NCBI GenBank assembly: GCA_000165345.1
Contig: CM000433.1
Span: 448,001 to 512,000, forward strand
Length of the DNA stretch: 64,000 bases
Direction of reading: 5' to 3'
The notes beneath the pieces were generated by a model. The model was given only the letters and a program-made list of their open reading frames with translations. It made no database searches and was not told where the DNA came from. The translations under genes were made by a program, and so were the position numbers. Shown piece after piece: positions 1-11,861 of this stretch (positions are counted from its first letter, which is position 1; every line of letters begins with the position of its first letter).

Positions 1-1
1 T

Positions 2-1348
2 TTAGAGAATATTTCTTCAATTAGAACCAGCGTTTTTGGTTCTGTAACACATAACACAAGCTCAGTTTCTGCATCACAACCAATTGCATCAAATTTAGAG
101 TTATTGTTAAATCTATTTCAAGAAACAACCGGATTTCAGGAAGGGAGGTTTTCAAATCAGCAAAAACAACAAGTTTCTTCATTAATACTTTGCATTCTTG
201 AGCAATTAAATAAGCAAGGCCTGGTTAATCCAACTTCAATTATCCCTCATGTCTCTGGGCTATTGTTTTCATCAAATAGAGAAGTTTCATTCAAGTCTTA
301 TCAAATTATAAGTTCTTTATTTGAAAGATTTCCAAATCTTATCATCAATAAATATAAAGAAATATCTCTATATGGGTTCGTGTTTTGCACTTCAAATTTC
401 CCTGGACTACTTGGGGTATACAATTCAAAAACTGATTCCGAAAATGTTCTAAGATCTATTATCTCAAACGATATTGTCAATGATAAGATCCAATCAAAAA
501 GCAGGCCTGAAGTTTTGGAAACTGTTTTTGAATTTTTCACGAGGATTTATTCTGAGAAATGCCGAACTAAAAGAGTATTTAGAGAAAGCATAATCAGAGG
601 ATGCTGCAAGCAACTTGAGTTATTATTATCAATTGATGAAACCGAGATTCTACTCAAAAAACTTAAACTTCATTTAATGCTGGAAAAAAAGGTTTTATTG
701 GTTTTATATATGGAGTTTATTTCTTATATACTTTTAGCAATGCCATTTCAATTTGAATCAGAAATACTACTGGTTCTATTTTGTTTGGGAGAAATCTGTG
801 TGAATTGCTCTCAGAATTTACACAATGATTCTGAGAGTTCTGTAAAAATAGATAAAGAACAAGCTTTTTGCAGTGCGATTCTTGTAACAGTTTGTACAAC
901 AGTCCAATTAATTCTCAAAGAAGAGTACAGAATCTCAGAAAACCAGATTTCTAGCTTCAACCCTTATAATTCCATTAATAAAGAGAAACCCAAGTTCTCT
1001 CATCAAGACTCTGAATTGAATGTTGGCATTATTGAAAATTCTACAAATATAGTTTCATTAGGAGCAGGCACAATGTATGAGTTATTGCAGAGTTTGAGAG
1101 AGAAATTACATATTATTTGGGAAATTTCAGAAGGTTGCGATTCCGAGAAGAAGCTATTAGATTATTCGAATGAAATTATTTATTTTTATACACAAACAAC
1201 ATCTGAAAAAGTTTCAAAGCATACTAGGGGAAAACATACAAAAAGAAAGCAAAATAAAAGAAATAGGGAAAGAGAAGAAGAGTATTCAGATGCATCTTCT
1301 ACACAAAGTTGGAGTCCATCATCTAGAATTAGCAAAAGCCGCAAGTAA
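2..1348 (+). CDS. C-terminal fragment of a larger protein (helical, Leu-rich body, basic K/R tail). The N-terminus lies upstream of the window.
   Basis: The frame is open from nt 2 with no upstream stop, and stops at TAA 1346-1348. The ORF-track start at 104 is a TTG, not an ATG. I recognise no family motif. Confidence 0.55.
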   Translation, partial: LENISSIRTSVFGSVTHNTSSVSASQPIASNLELLLNLFQETTGFQEGRFSNQQKQQVSSLILCILEQLNKQGLVNPTSIIPHVSGLLFSSNREVSFKSYQIISSLFERFPNLIINKYKEISLYGFVFCTSNFPGLLGVYNSKTDSENVLRSIISNDIVNDKIQSKSRPEVLETVFEFFTRIYSEKCRTKRVFRESIIRGCCKQLELLLSIDETEILLKKLKLHLMLEKKVLLVLYMEFISYILLAMPFQFESEILLVLFCLGEICVNCSQNLHNDSESSVKIDKEQAFCSAILVTVCTTVQLILKEEYRISENQISSFNPYNSINKEKPKFSHQDSELNVGIIENSTNIVSLGAGTMYELLQSLREKLHIIWEISEGCDSEKKLLDYSNEIIYFYTQTTSEKVSKHTRGKHTKRKQNKRNREREEEYSDASSTQSWSPSSRISKSRK

Positions 1349-1900
1349 TTAATGTGTTTCTTATCCAAATACGTAAATTAATATCGTTTAGTAACAATTT
1401 TCATTAGTTGATGACAAAATAATATATAAATAATAATGAATTTCCTTGATAATTTGCCATCTATTTAAATTACACCATTCTCGTTATGCAAATCTTGCTT
1501 TTATCGCATTATACATGCAAAAGTACATATATATGCATGCATGCACAATGTGGACATATTTTTGCAATATACAGCGTAGAGGACTGAAAAAATAATGTGT
1601 GCAAATCAAGAAAAAATAAAAATAAGAAACTTAGTGAAATAAATTGTTTATGCTTAAGTTCTTTAGAAGGTAGAAAGAGGAGTTACAATTTATTTGATAG
1701 CTAATTTGACAAGAATTTATTAAGTTTAAAAAAAAAAGGTGGCGGCTTATAGGGTTTAATGCTAATGAATATATGCAGAAAAAAGGTGCGTATAAACAAA
1801 ATTATATAATATTAATAATTTGGGGCGAATTAGCATTTTTTGAGTCTAATAGTTTCAAAGGTTCAAGAAATTCCCTATATATAATCTTGGGAAAAGTAAA

Positions 1901-3946
1901 ATGGTGGCGGATAAAGAAGTTACAGAGTGTGGGGTGGAGAAAAAAGTGGTATTAAAGTATCAAGATGAATTCTTGCATGATTGGACTCTTATTTGCACGA
2001 GAATTGAGAATGGCCTGAAGTTGGGGGACCAACTAAGGCAGGCCTTAGAGGAAAGAGCATCATTGGAGGAAATGTATTCAAACGGATTAGAAAGGATTTC
2101 TTCAAAATTTTTCCCATCAGCAACTGAAAGTACAAGCATGAGCTTTGCAATAAGAACATTAAGGAATGAAACTTATAGAAGATCTCAGCAATGTAGAGAG
2201 CTTTGCGAGACCTTGAGATCCGATGTGTTAAAAGAAACATTAAATAGCATGTTGGACAATCACAAATCTGCATATGATCATTTATTATCATCTGGAAAAA
2301 GAATAACATCAGAGCTTCAGAAGAGATATATGAATTTTACTAGATTAAGAGACAATTATGGGATTGCAAGGCATAATATAGGTCAGCTAAGCTTGAGATA
2401 CCACGAGTTGAATAGATCAAAATCTACACAAGAAAAGATAACTATTTTAAGCAGAGAAATACTTCGAAAAATACTTGAATTAAATGATTTAGAGAAGGAA
2501 TATAACAATAGTGTTGACAACTTTGAAACTTATCACAAGTTTTATTTGACGGAAATGAAGCACATTATTGGTATTTTGGAAGATATGGATACAAAAAGAA
2601 TAAAATGTATTTTGGATACTTTAATGAAAATGATGGTTTATGAAATGAGTTATGTAAGGAATTTACAGTATGACTCAGATCATTTAGTTAAATCAATACA
2701 AGAAATTGATGTTGAGGGAGATATTTATGAATTTGCAAGTAGATTTGGGAATAGTAATAAGAATAAATATTCGGAAAATAATTCGAGTAATTCAACAATT
2801 TTTACTGGAACATACAAAATAAATGCTGATCAAGTAAAGAAGGAGAGTTGGAGAGAAATATGTAAGAAAATGAATAACATAAAAATAAATGATGATGAGT
2901 TTATTACTTTATCTACATCTCAAATGGCTGAGAAAAACATTGCTCTCGATAATATGATAGACATACAAGCTATAATTTCAAATTTGGTGAATCCTGCAAC
3001 CGCAATTAAAGCTCAAAAAGCTGTAAAAATTTTACTTTCTCAATTCAGTATGATAGTAAATGAGAATACGAAGAATTACATCCATGAAAATTATTTTAAA
3101 GATTTGGAATTTCAGGAAAATGTTCAAGAAGATTTGATAAAAGACGAAAAAAGTCAATCAATGGAGTCATTTTCTACAGCATGTTCAAATGAGGCAATCA
3201 TATCTAAAAACAAGGATTGCAATACAGATAATATAGTTAACACAGATGAAAGTCAAACTGAAAATAACATTATTGATGTAATTAATTTTGGAAGCATTTA
3301 CAAAGAGTTTATTGAGAATATAGTGAAGCTAGATAAAAGAGATAATCCAGAATCAAAGCAAATTATTGAAAAAGCACTAAACTTGATACATGACCAAGAT
3401 TCTGGTTTAAAAGAGTATGAAAATTGTGATTTATATTTAAGTAAAATAATAGATGAAATTTTAAAGGCGAAAAATAATAAATTATACTTATATTTTGGTG
3501 ATGAGTTGAGCCAGGCACTATTTAGGCATATGGAAATGATAATGGAACTGATCCAAAATGAAAATAATACTTGGCTATTCAGAAAAATGTTATTTATATC
3601 TGAATCTTTGATTATTGATGATATTGAGTTATTTGCAAATATATACAAACATGATATTTGGAGCGTTGTAAAGATCTGGGAGGAGACAGTCTTAGTATGC
3701 ATCTCTGAACAGTTTCAGAGAAAAATCCTGGAATCTGATAATATTGAGCTTAAAAAATTCAGAATGATAAAGGATATTAATTGCTTTGACATTTTGAACA
3801 ATGTTGAAAGGTTATCATGCTTAATGAAAAGATTTGGGATACCTGAAGTTCCTATTATAACATTATTTGCGAAGGTTTGTAGTCAAAATGGATTAGAAAA
3901 GAATTATTGTGATCAGTTAATTTGTAATATAAAAAATACAAAATAA
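1901..3946 (+). CDS. Putative F-BAR (FCH) domain protein, 681 aa.
   Basis: ATG at 1901, TAA stop. The N-terminal region 'GLKLGDQLRQALEERASLEEMYSNGLERISSKF' fits the FCH/F-BAR signature (G..L...L.ERA.iE..Y...L....kk) and is followed by coiled-coil-like sequence. The family call is pattern-based. Confidence 0.6.
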   Translation: MVADKEVTECGVEKKVVLKYQDEFLHDWTLICTRIENGLKLGDQLRQALEERASLEEMYSNGLERISSKFFPSATESTSMSFAIRTLRNETYRRSQQCRELCETLRSDVLKETLNSMLDNHKSAYDHLLSSGKRITSELQKRYMNFTRLRDNYGIARHNIGQLSLRYHELNRSKSTQEKITILSREILRKILELNDLEKEYNNSVDNFETYHKFYLTEMKHIIGILEDMDTKRIKCILDTLMKMMVYEMSYVRNLQYDSDHLVKSIQEIDVEGDIYEFASRFGNSNKNKYSENNSSNSTIFTGTYKINADQVKKESWREICKKMNNIKINDDEFITLSTSQMAEKNIALDNMIDIQAIISNLVNPATAIKAQKAVKILLSQFSMIVNENTKNYIHENYFKDLEFQENVQEDLIKDEKSQSMESFSTACSNEAIISKNKDCNTDNIVNTDESQTENNIIDVINFGSIYKEFIENIVKLDKRDNPESKQIIEKALNLIHDQDSGLKEYENCDLYLSKIIDEILKAKNNKLYLYFGDELSQALFRHMEMIMELIQNENNTWLFRKMLFISESLIIDDIELFANIYKHDIWSVVKIWEETVLVCISEQFQRKILESDNIELKKFRMIKDINCFDILNNVERLSCLMKRFGIPEVPIITLFAKVCSQNGLEKNYCDQLICNIKNTK

Positions 3947-3993
3947 GTTTATAACTTAAAATATAGCTTCAATTAATCAAGCCAATCTATCAA

Positions 3994-5638
<1,645 letters not shown>

Positions 5639-5717
5639 TACTTGGTATCTCTTTTTTTTATATTATTAATTTGTTTGATCAAAAAATAAACAAGAAGTCA
5701 CTAAATATGAAGAAAAA

Positions 5718-5735
5718 TTTTGAGCGGGAATTTTT
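5718..5735. promoter_or_regulatory. E2F-like site (TTTTGAGCGGGAATTTTT) in the 207-bp divergent DNMT2/ELOF1 intergenic region.
   Basis: The motif is present in the sequence. Its function is inferred from the known over-representation of GGCGGGAA/E2F motifs upstream of Cryptosporidium genes. Confidence 0.35.
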
Positions 5736-5845
5736 ATAAATAATATGTAATTTAAGAATATTTTAAACTAAATATAACAAGTTTACAAACTTATTAGTGA
5801 GAAAAAGTTTGAGAGTAAGCCAAAGAAGGTAATAAAAATTGAGTT

Positions 5846-6592
5846 ATGGGTAAAAGAAAGACGAAGAAGGTGGAAGTTAAGAAAAGTAAAGTACCAAAGC
5901 TTGATAAGGAGTTTAATTGTCCATTTTGTAATAATGTAAAGACTGTAGGTGTTAGAATGAATCATAAAGAGAGATTAGGACATTTGTCATGTAGAGTATG
6001 CGGTGTGGAGTATACATCTAGGATTGGTAAATTTGATGAAGCTGTTGATATATATTCAAATTGGATAGATAAATGCTATGAGGTAAATAGTATGGAGCAG
6101 TCAACTTCATCATCTGCGGTAGAACAGCCTATATTGAGTGAAGATTATGCTTTAACAGGACATAGTGGTGATAACAAGATTTCCCAAGGCTTAGGCAATG
6201 GTGATTTAGCAAATAATATGATTTACTCAAGAAACCAAAAGAAGATTTCATTTACTATGGACGATGATGTTAATGAAGATAGATATTCAAATGAGAATTC
6301 GAGTAGAGGCTTAAGGAGGATGAAGGAAGATGAAGAAGACGATTATGATGATTTACGAGATTTTATTGTAAATGATGATGAAGAAGAGGCAAAAGATAAC
6401 GATAATAGTAAACAGCAGCCAAAGTCATCAAATGATGAAATAATCGAAAAGATGAAGAAAGATTTGGAAATCAATAAATCTAGGAAGATCAAAGAGGATT
6501 CAGGGGTTTTTGATATAAACAACATAACAAAGTCTTCATCAATGCCAAAATCATTTACTGTAAACGAAGATGATGGCTTGTTTAGCGATTAA
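5846..6592 (+). CDS. ELOF1: Transcription elongation factor 1 homologue (ELOF1/Elf1 zinc finger) with an acidic C-terminal extension.
   Basis: ATG at 5846. 'FNCPFCNNVKTVGVRMNHKERLGHLSCRVCGVEYTSRIGKFDEAVDIYSNWIDKC' matches the ELOF1 C4 zinc ribbon (FTCPFCNHEKSC...SCTVC...VDVYSDWIDAC). Confidence 0.85.
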   Translation: MGKRKTKKVEVKKSKVPKLDKEFNCPFCNNVKTVGVRMNHKERLGHLSCRVCGVEYTSRIGKFDEAVDIYSNWIDKCYEVNSMEQSTSSSAVEQPILSEDYALTGHSGDNKISQGLGNGDLANNMIYSRNQKKISFTMDDDVNEDRYSNENSSRGLRRMKEDEEDDYDDLRDFIVNDDEEEAKDNDNSKQQPKSSNDEIIEKMKKDLEINKSRKIKEDSGVFDINNITKSSSMPKSFTVNEDDGLFSD

Positions 6593-6732
6593 TATTAATT
6601 TTAAGTTATAATAAATGGCTATTTGAATCATTAAATGAGTAAGGAGTCAGTAAAATAAAAGATAATTATAATATATATGAAATGTATGAAAGAATTGATT
6701 CAACATTAAAACTTATTTGAAATATATTAAGA

Positions 6733-7536
6733 TTATAATAAATAAGTGGATTCAATTATGGCAGATGAATTCTCATCGCTCTTAATAAGTGATTCGTCTT
6801 TTTCAAAAAGTTGTTTACCAGTGAGTTGGCTGGAATCTTGATTTTCATCTTTCCAGATTTTTTTTTCAATCATTTCTGATTTAAAAGCCATTTTCCAAAG
6901 ATTAAATTGCTCTTCACTAACTCTTTCTTCTATTGGACACAAAATTCGTTCAGTTAAGCCAGAATAAACAACTTCATCATCATCATCATCGTCATCATCA
7001 TCTTTTCCAATAGAATCCAAGCCAATGTTTGTATCTTCTACTTGAAATTCTTGATTAGATATTAATTTTGATGTTATATCGTCAATAAATACTTGCAAAT
7101 TTTCTATTATGTCAAAAAGACAGACTCGTCCAATATAACTTTCTTTAAGTGAATCATAGTAATTAATAATTTCATCCGTATTTATATATATACATGTTGA
7201 ATCATCGAATAAAATTCGATTGTCATCACTTTCTTCATCATGGTAATTGTCTATGGGACATTCGTTCATTGAATATTTTCCATCAAGAATACATATATTT
7301 ATATTGTTGATTTCAGGCGGAGACTTTTCTGGGTACCCTTGATTGATAAGAAAAGCAACTTTAATTTTGATAAATTTAATACTTTCATTTTTCTCACTAG
7401 TGGGATTAATTTCATAATTGGCTTCTTTGATAAGCTGAATATTAATTATTTGACAGTTTTCTTTAGTTTCGATGCTAAGCTCTTTATCGGAGTAAATAGC
7501 TTGTAGTGCTTCTAATTCAAGATTTAGATCGTCCAT
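6733..7536 (-). CDS. RWD-domain protein, RWDD1/GIR2 (DFRP2)-like.
   Basis: ATG at 7536. The N-terminus 'LELEALQAIYSDKE' is an RWD start. It has an acidic D9 tract. The C-terminal 'FNLWKMAFKSEM...LTGKQLFEKDESLIKSD' matches the RWDD1 DFRP domain (FLNWKAKFDAEL...LSGKQLFETDHNLDTSD). Confidence 0.75.
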   Translation of the reverse strand: MDDLNLELEALQAIYSDKELSIETKENCQIINIQLIKEANYEINPTSEKNESIKFIKIKVAFLINQGYPEKSPPEINNINICILDGKYSMNECPIDNYHDEESDDNRILFDDSTCIYINTDEIINYYDSLKESYIGRVCLFDIIENLQVFIDDITSKLISNQEFQVEDTNIGLDSIGKDDDDDDDDDEVVYSGLTERILCPIEERVSEEQFNLWKMAFKSEMIEKKIWKDENQDSSQLTGKQLFEKDESLIKSDENSSAIIESTYLL

Positions 7537-8051
7537 ATTTTAATTAATAAAGTTAACAGAAATGCCGTTTTCTTTTTTTAAGAGCGTTTTAAATTAATTG
7601 TACTGATGATTATGGCCAGTATTTTGTTAGCATAGTATTGCCTTTTAGCTTGGGAGATTGATTTTTCAATAGTATTTGACAAAATAGTTAAACCAAGAAA
7701 GCTAATAAGTTACCAATAAGCTTTTAAAATGGACAAATAACTGAAATCAAATTCTAAAGATAATTCGATTACAGCTTTTAGAGGAATTAATATTTCTTAT
7801 CAAACTTTTCTCGAGTAGATTTATTAGTTAATTGCGTAGAATATTATTTTTTTTAAATTCTTTTCACGTCCCTGTAATGTGGAGGTACCGAAACAAAAAG
7901 ATAAATTTGGCGGTCAAACATGCAATTAACGGAAAAAGAGAATGATTAATTAACTGATCTAAAAAGAAGTAAAAGCTATAAATATAAAAAGATAATTGAA
8001 GGTTTAAAAGAAAATGAATTTGGAGATTTTGGCCAATTTTAATTTCCAAGA

Positions 8052-11000
8052 TTAAGCGATCTTGTTAATAGCAGTACAAGGAAGTAGTATTCTTCCTGAT
8101 CTGGAAGTCTTAATACTTTTGAGAAACTCCTGTAAAAGTTCTTCACAACCGTTAAGATTTTCTTCAGGCTCCCAGGTAGGTTGTACTGGCTGTCCAGGAA
8201 CTTTCCATTTGATTAAGTATTCCTTTTGTTTAGTTAGAGGTTTTTCACGAATGCTGAGTATTTGTTCAACCTCGTATTCAACAAGACTTAGCTTCTTTGA
8301 TTCCCAAGAATAATCTTCATCCTTTTCAGCATAAATTGGATTTTTATCATCCAAATTATTCAAATTATTTGCGTTCTCTTTATCTTCAGTTTTTGTTGAA
8401 GATCTCCTTTCTCTTTTCCTTGTTCTAGAGTTTACCTGAGGTTTAGAAGTGGTATTATTTGAACCCTTTTGGCTAGATAAAGATGATCTTTTGTTGGAAT
8501 TTGGCGGAATAGAGGATAATAAGCAGTTAGATTCTGAGTCATTTTTTTGTTCTGGAATAGCATCCTTGCTCCGTTTGCAAGAATTAGAACTTGTTTTCTT
8601 GGATTCTGTATTTGAATCAAACGCATTTTTTAAAAGAACGGGGGATTCATTAATTGTTGATATATTGTTTGTAGCGTTAGTGGTAGTATTGGAGATAGAA
8701 ATAATAGCACTATCTGTTGTTGGGGATGAGCCAAGTGGAGTAGTATCTTCTGGGACTTGAATAGTTGCAGCTATAGCTTTGGAAGAGCTAGAACTTTTTC
8801 TAGAAGAGGAATTTCTATTGCTAGAGGACCCCCTTCTTTTGTTTGGAACCTGGTTCTGATCATTGGTACAGACTTCATTGGTAGTTACAGTTTGAGTGTT
8901 ATCATTTGAAGGGATATGTAAGGCAGGCAATTCCTGAATAGTAGTTGGCTTTACAATATCTAAAACATTGCTATGGGCTGAATTTCCAGGGGGGTTTAGT
9001 TCTCCCTTGTTTTCCTGAGTTTTGATGGTTTCTTTAATATTGTTGAGGTTAACGGTGGCAGAGAGATTCATCTCTTCGTCATTAAGAGGTTTGTACTGTT
9101 CTTGGGAACAAGGATCAGACTTACAGATACGTTTTGTTGCTTGGGATTTAGAGCTGTTACCTCTTCCTGGACGCCATTTGGCGTTTGGCCTTAAGACTCC
9201 AAAGACTATGGAGTTATAACAAGCTAAGATACGATACACTGGTTTTTCTCTTAGTGAAAGTTTGACTAGGGACCTTTGTATTATTAGCTGTTTTTGTCTA
9301 TCTGGTAAGGATTTGAATTGTCCAAAATTAGAGAGCAGCCCAACCAATGCTATTGGATTAGCTGGGATACATCTTCCCAATCTTGATGATAAGAGAATGC
9401 AGCTGTTAATAGAGGAGTTGTGTTTATTCCAACAGAGCTCGTCCTCTTCAGATGTGAAACCAATTTTTGTATCATATCCATCCCTACCTAAATAATTGTG
9501 AAGAGCTTTTAAAACTCCGTTTTTGTAAAGAATTAAAGTTATACCCTCTAATAGCCATGCACCGATAATTCGGTTATTCTGATTATACATCTCTCCGATT
9601 TCTCTATCAATCATTTCTTTAAGAGTGTTAGAATTTGTATCTCCCTTTTCTGTTTCATTTTCCACGGGAGGTTCCTGACTGGTGTAGCTTTGGGGGCATC
9701 TAGAAGTGATTGAATCAAGAGACCAGTATCTACTATTCGAAAGAGCTTTCTTAACAATCATGTGGTGAGTTTTTGGAGCCAAAATAATTGGATTTTGAAT
9801 TAATGGCCTTTTAAATAAGCTCATTCTATCTGGATCGTTCCATTCATGGATAAATCCATCTTGAGTCAAAGCAATAAATTCTCCATTTAGACTAGAAAAA
9901 TCAATAACTTTTCTCCCAATCAGTGATCCCTTCAAGACTTTTAGGCTAATCTTGCTTGAAAAACACTCTTCACCTCGTCTGTCTAGTTCTCTAATGGAAA
10001 TCTTGGGCTTGAGATCACAGCTCTGCTCTGGCTCTTCTGTCTGAGCTTGTCTTCGATCCCAATTCCAAAGCATCCCATTTTGCAATAATATCAACCCAAA
10101 ATCAGAATTAGACCCACAAAACACCTTTCTACATATAACTGGAAGGTCCAATACAATCATTTTATTATTTTTACCAATTTCACTACTTTTTTTTAGAATG
10201 ATACTATTGCTTTGCCCATCAGCCAAAAGGGAGGTAATGGCCATTCCATATTTATATGGGAAAGATGGAAAGTCATCAAAGGCAATGTCCTGATACTCAC
10301 TATATTCTTCAGCTCTTTCGCCCTTTTCAAAGTCTTTTTTGTACATTGGCATCATCTCTGATAGTGTTACATCAACAGTCCTGTAAAACTCATTGTCTAT
10401 CTTCCTCTCAGATTGGCTTCCATCATGATTCTTTGGGTTTAGCTGAGTTAGATCTATACAGCGGACATTATTAAATCCTCCTTGGATGGATGAGCTATGC
10501 TCCACGATCCAAACTTTGCCATCATTTGCTAGGCACGCCAAAACGAAGCTTTTAATACCGAACTTGTGGTCAAAATTTGTAGCCTCCACCGCCAATGAGG
10601 TGATTCTCAACCCTCGAATATTCTTATCATCTAATTCCTTGATGCTAAGCCAACTGCCTTGGACAATACTACTCTCAAGAAGCAGCGTGTTGCTACTATT
10701 TATACTGTTTCTCTGTTCATTTCCAGATTCGGGACGCTCTTGTTGACTACCAACTAATATCCCTTGGATCTTTTGATAGTTCTCCAAATTGCCGTGAAGA
10801 CTTTCATTCATATCATTAAGTGATACATAAACATGGCCATTGTTCAATAGCACCGCAATGTGATATCTAGACATGGCTAACTCTCTAACAGGAATCTGCT
10901 GAGGAAGTTTTCGCCAAAGACTGGAATAACAGAGCCGAATCCCCATATTTCCTCCACCTGAGTTAAATCCATTTGATTGAGAATATCTATCAAAACCTGC

Positions 11001-11279
11001 AGATAGGCCCACACCAAATCCAATGTACTCCTCCTCTATATTATAGCTTGCTAACTTTGAGTCTGGAAGTGCTTTATCCTCCTCTGACAAAAGCTCTATA
11101 TCACAAACAGAAATGACTCCATTCTTTTCTACAGGAATATCATTCATACTACCTCCCTCAGACTCTGATTTACCTGTCTGCCGTACTTGGTTGCTATGAG
11201 GCCTTGATTTTCCTTTTCGTCCTTTCTGCGTACCTCCACTTCCAGTACCTTCGCTTAAATCTCCACTAACTGTTGTCAT
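8052..11279 (-). CDS. Large chromodomain-containing protein of about 1075 aa. The chromodomain is C-terminal and the N-terminal body is unassigned.
   Basis: The ORF-track start at 11291 is TTG, directly preceded by TAA. The first ATG is 11279 (MTTVSGD...). The C-terminus 'EYEVEQILSIREKPLTKQKEYLIKWKVPGQPVQPTWEPEENLNGCEELLQEF' is a canonical chromo domain. Confidence 0.7.
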   Translation of the reverse strand: MTTVSGDLSEGTGSGGTQKGRKGKSRPHSNQVRQTGKSESEGGSMNDIPVEKNGVISVCDIELLSEEDKALPDSKLASYNIEEEYIGFGVGLSAGFDRYSQSNGFNSGGGNMGIRLCYSSLWRKLPQQIPVRELAMSRYHIAVLLNNGHVYVSLNDMNESLHGNLENYQKIQGILVGSQQERPESGNEQRNSINSSNTLLLESSIVQGSWLSIKELDDKNIRGLRITSLAVEATNFDHKFGIKSFVLACLANDGKVWIVEHSSSIQGGFNNVRCIDLTQLNPKNHDGSQSERKIDNEFYRTVDVTLSEMMPMYKKDFEKGERAEEYSEYQDIAFDDFPSFPYKYGMAITSLLADGQSNSIILKKSSEIGKNNKMIVLDLPVICRKVFCGSNSDFGLILLQNGMLWNWDRRQAQTEEPEQSCDLKPKISIRELDRRGEECFSSKISLKVLKGSLIGRKVIDFSSLNGEFIALTQDGFIHEWNDPDRMSLFKRPLIQNPIILAPKTHHMIVKKALSNSRYWSLDSITSRCPQSYTSQEPPVENETEKGDTNSNTLKEMIDREIGEMYNQNNRIIGAWLLEGITLILYKNGVLKALHNYLGRDGYDTKIGFTSEEDELCWNKHNSSINSCILLSSRLGRCIPANPIALVGLLSNFGQFKSLPDRQKQLIIQRSLVKLSLREKPVYRILACYNSIVFGVLRPNAKWRPGRGNSSKSQATKRICKSDPCSQEQYKPLNDEEMNLSATVNLNNIKETIKTQENKGELNPPGNSAHSNVLDIVKPTTIQELPALHIPSNDNTQTVTTNEVCTNDQNQVPNKRRGSSSNRNSSSRKSSSSSKAIAATIQVPEDTTPLGSSPTTDSAIISISNTTTNATNNISTINESPVLLKNAFDSNTESKKTSSNSCKRSKDAIPEQKNDSESNCLLSSIPPNSNKRSSLSSQKGSNNTTSKPQVNSRTRKRERRSSTKTEDKENANNLNNLDDKNPIYAEKDEDYSWESKKLSLVEYEVEQILSIREKPLTKQKEYLIKWKVPGQPVQPTWEPEENLNGCEELLQEFLKSIKTSRSGRILLPCTAINKIA

Positions 11280-11861
11280 TATAACTTCCAATTATTCCTT
11301 AAATGGTTAATTCGCAGGCTAAGCCTATTACCATAAATTTGAGATTTCTTTCTTTCTTTTTCTATATTCACCCACAAACTTATTTGTGCCTGCCAAGCCC
11401 CAAGCCAAATTATCCAAATTCTTCTACCACAAATTAATTATTTACCTCTACAGCTTGACTCTTAAAACTAATTTCCAACACATATATAAATATGTACACA
11501 CATGGAATTCTTATTCTAAAGTGTCAAGAGAAACTTCAACTATTCCTAATTTTTAACTTCTTCCACCTTTGATATGTACCCAATTGTGTTTAATTTGCGC
11601 ATGTTCTGGCGCCAAAATTTCCCCATACCTTTTAGTACCTCCCCACTTAAACCATACTGACATTTGATTAGATTATGAATAACTGAGAAAAAAAAGAGGG
11701 AAAGGAGCAAAATTGCACAAATTAGGGAAAAGTTAATATAGAAATTAATATATATAAATACAAATAAGGAAATGCTCATAAATAATCGTGAACATTAATT
11801 AGCATATTCGTCTATATGAACAAAAAATACGTAGCTTGACACATTAGTACATATATGCATT

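Noticed and set aside
7864-8049. 61-aa ORF and other 60-130-aa ORFs antisense to, or overlapping, the large CDSs (e.g. 301..540, 1989..2309, 3298..3702, 8062..8313, 8449..8760, 12138..12350, 15011..15337, 37061..37533, 38683..39219, 40660..41131, 48957..49229, 54371..54598, 56356..57230, 62309..62926).
   Set aside because: They overlap well-supported genes on the other strand or in another frame. Their composition is typical of AT-rich antisense noise, with no motifs.
11546-11779. 77-aa minus-strand ORF between the chromodomain and CCHC genes.
   Set aside because: It is hydrophobic low-complexity, lies in an AT-rich intergenic or UTR region, and has no motif support. It is likely a chance ORF.
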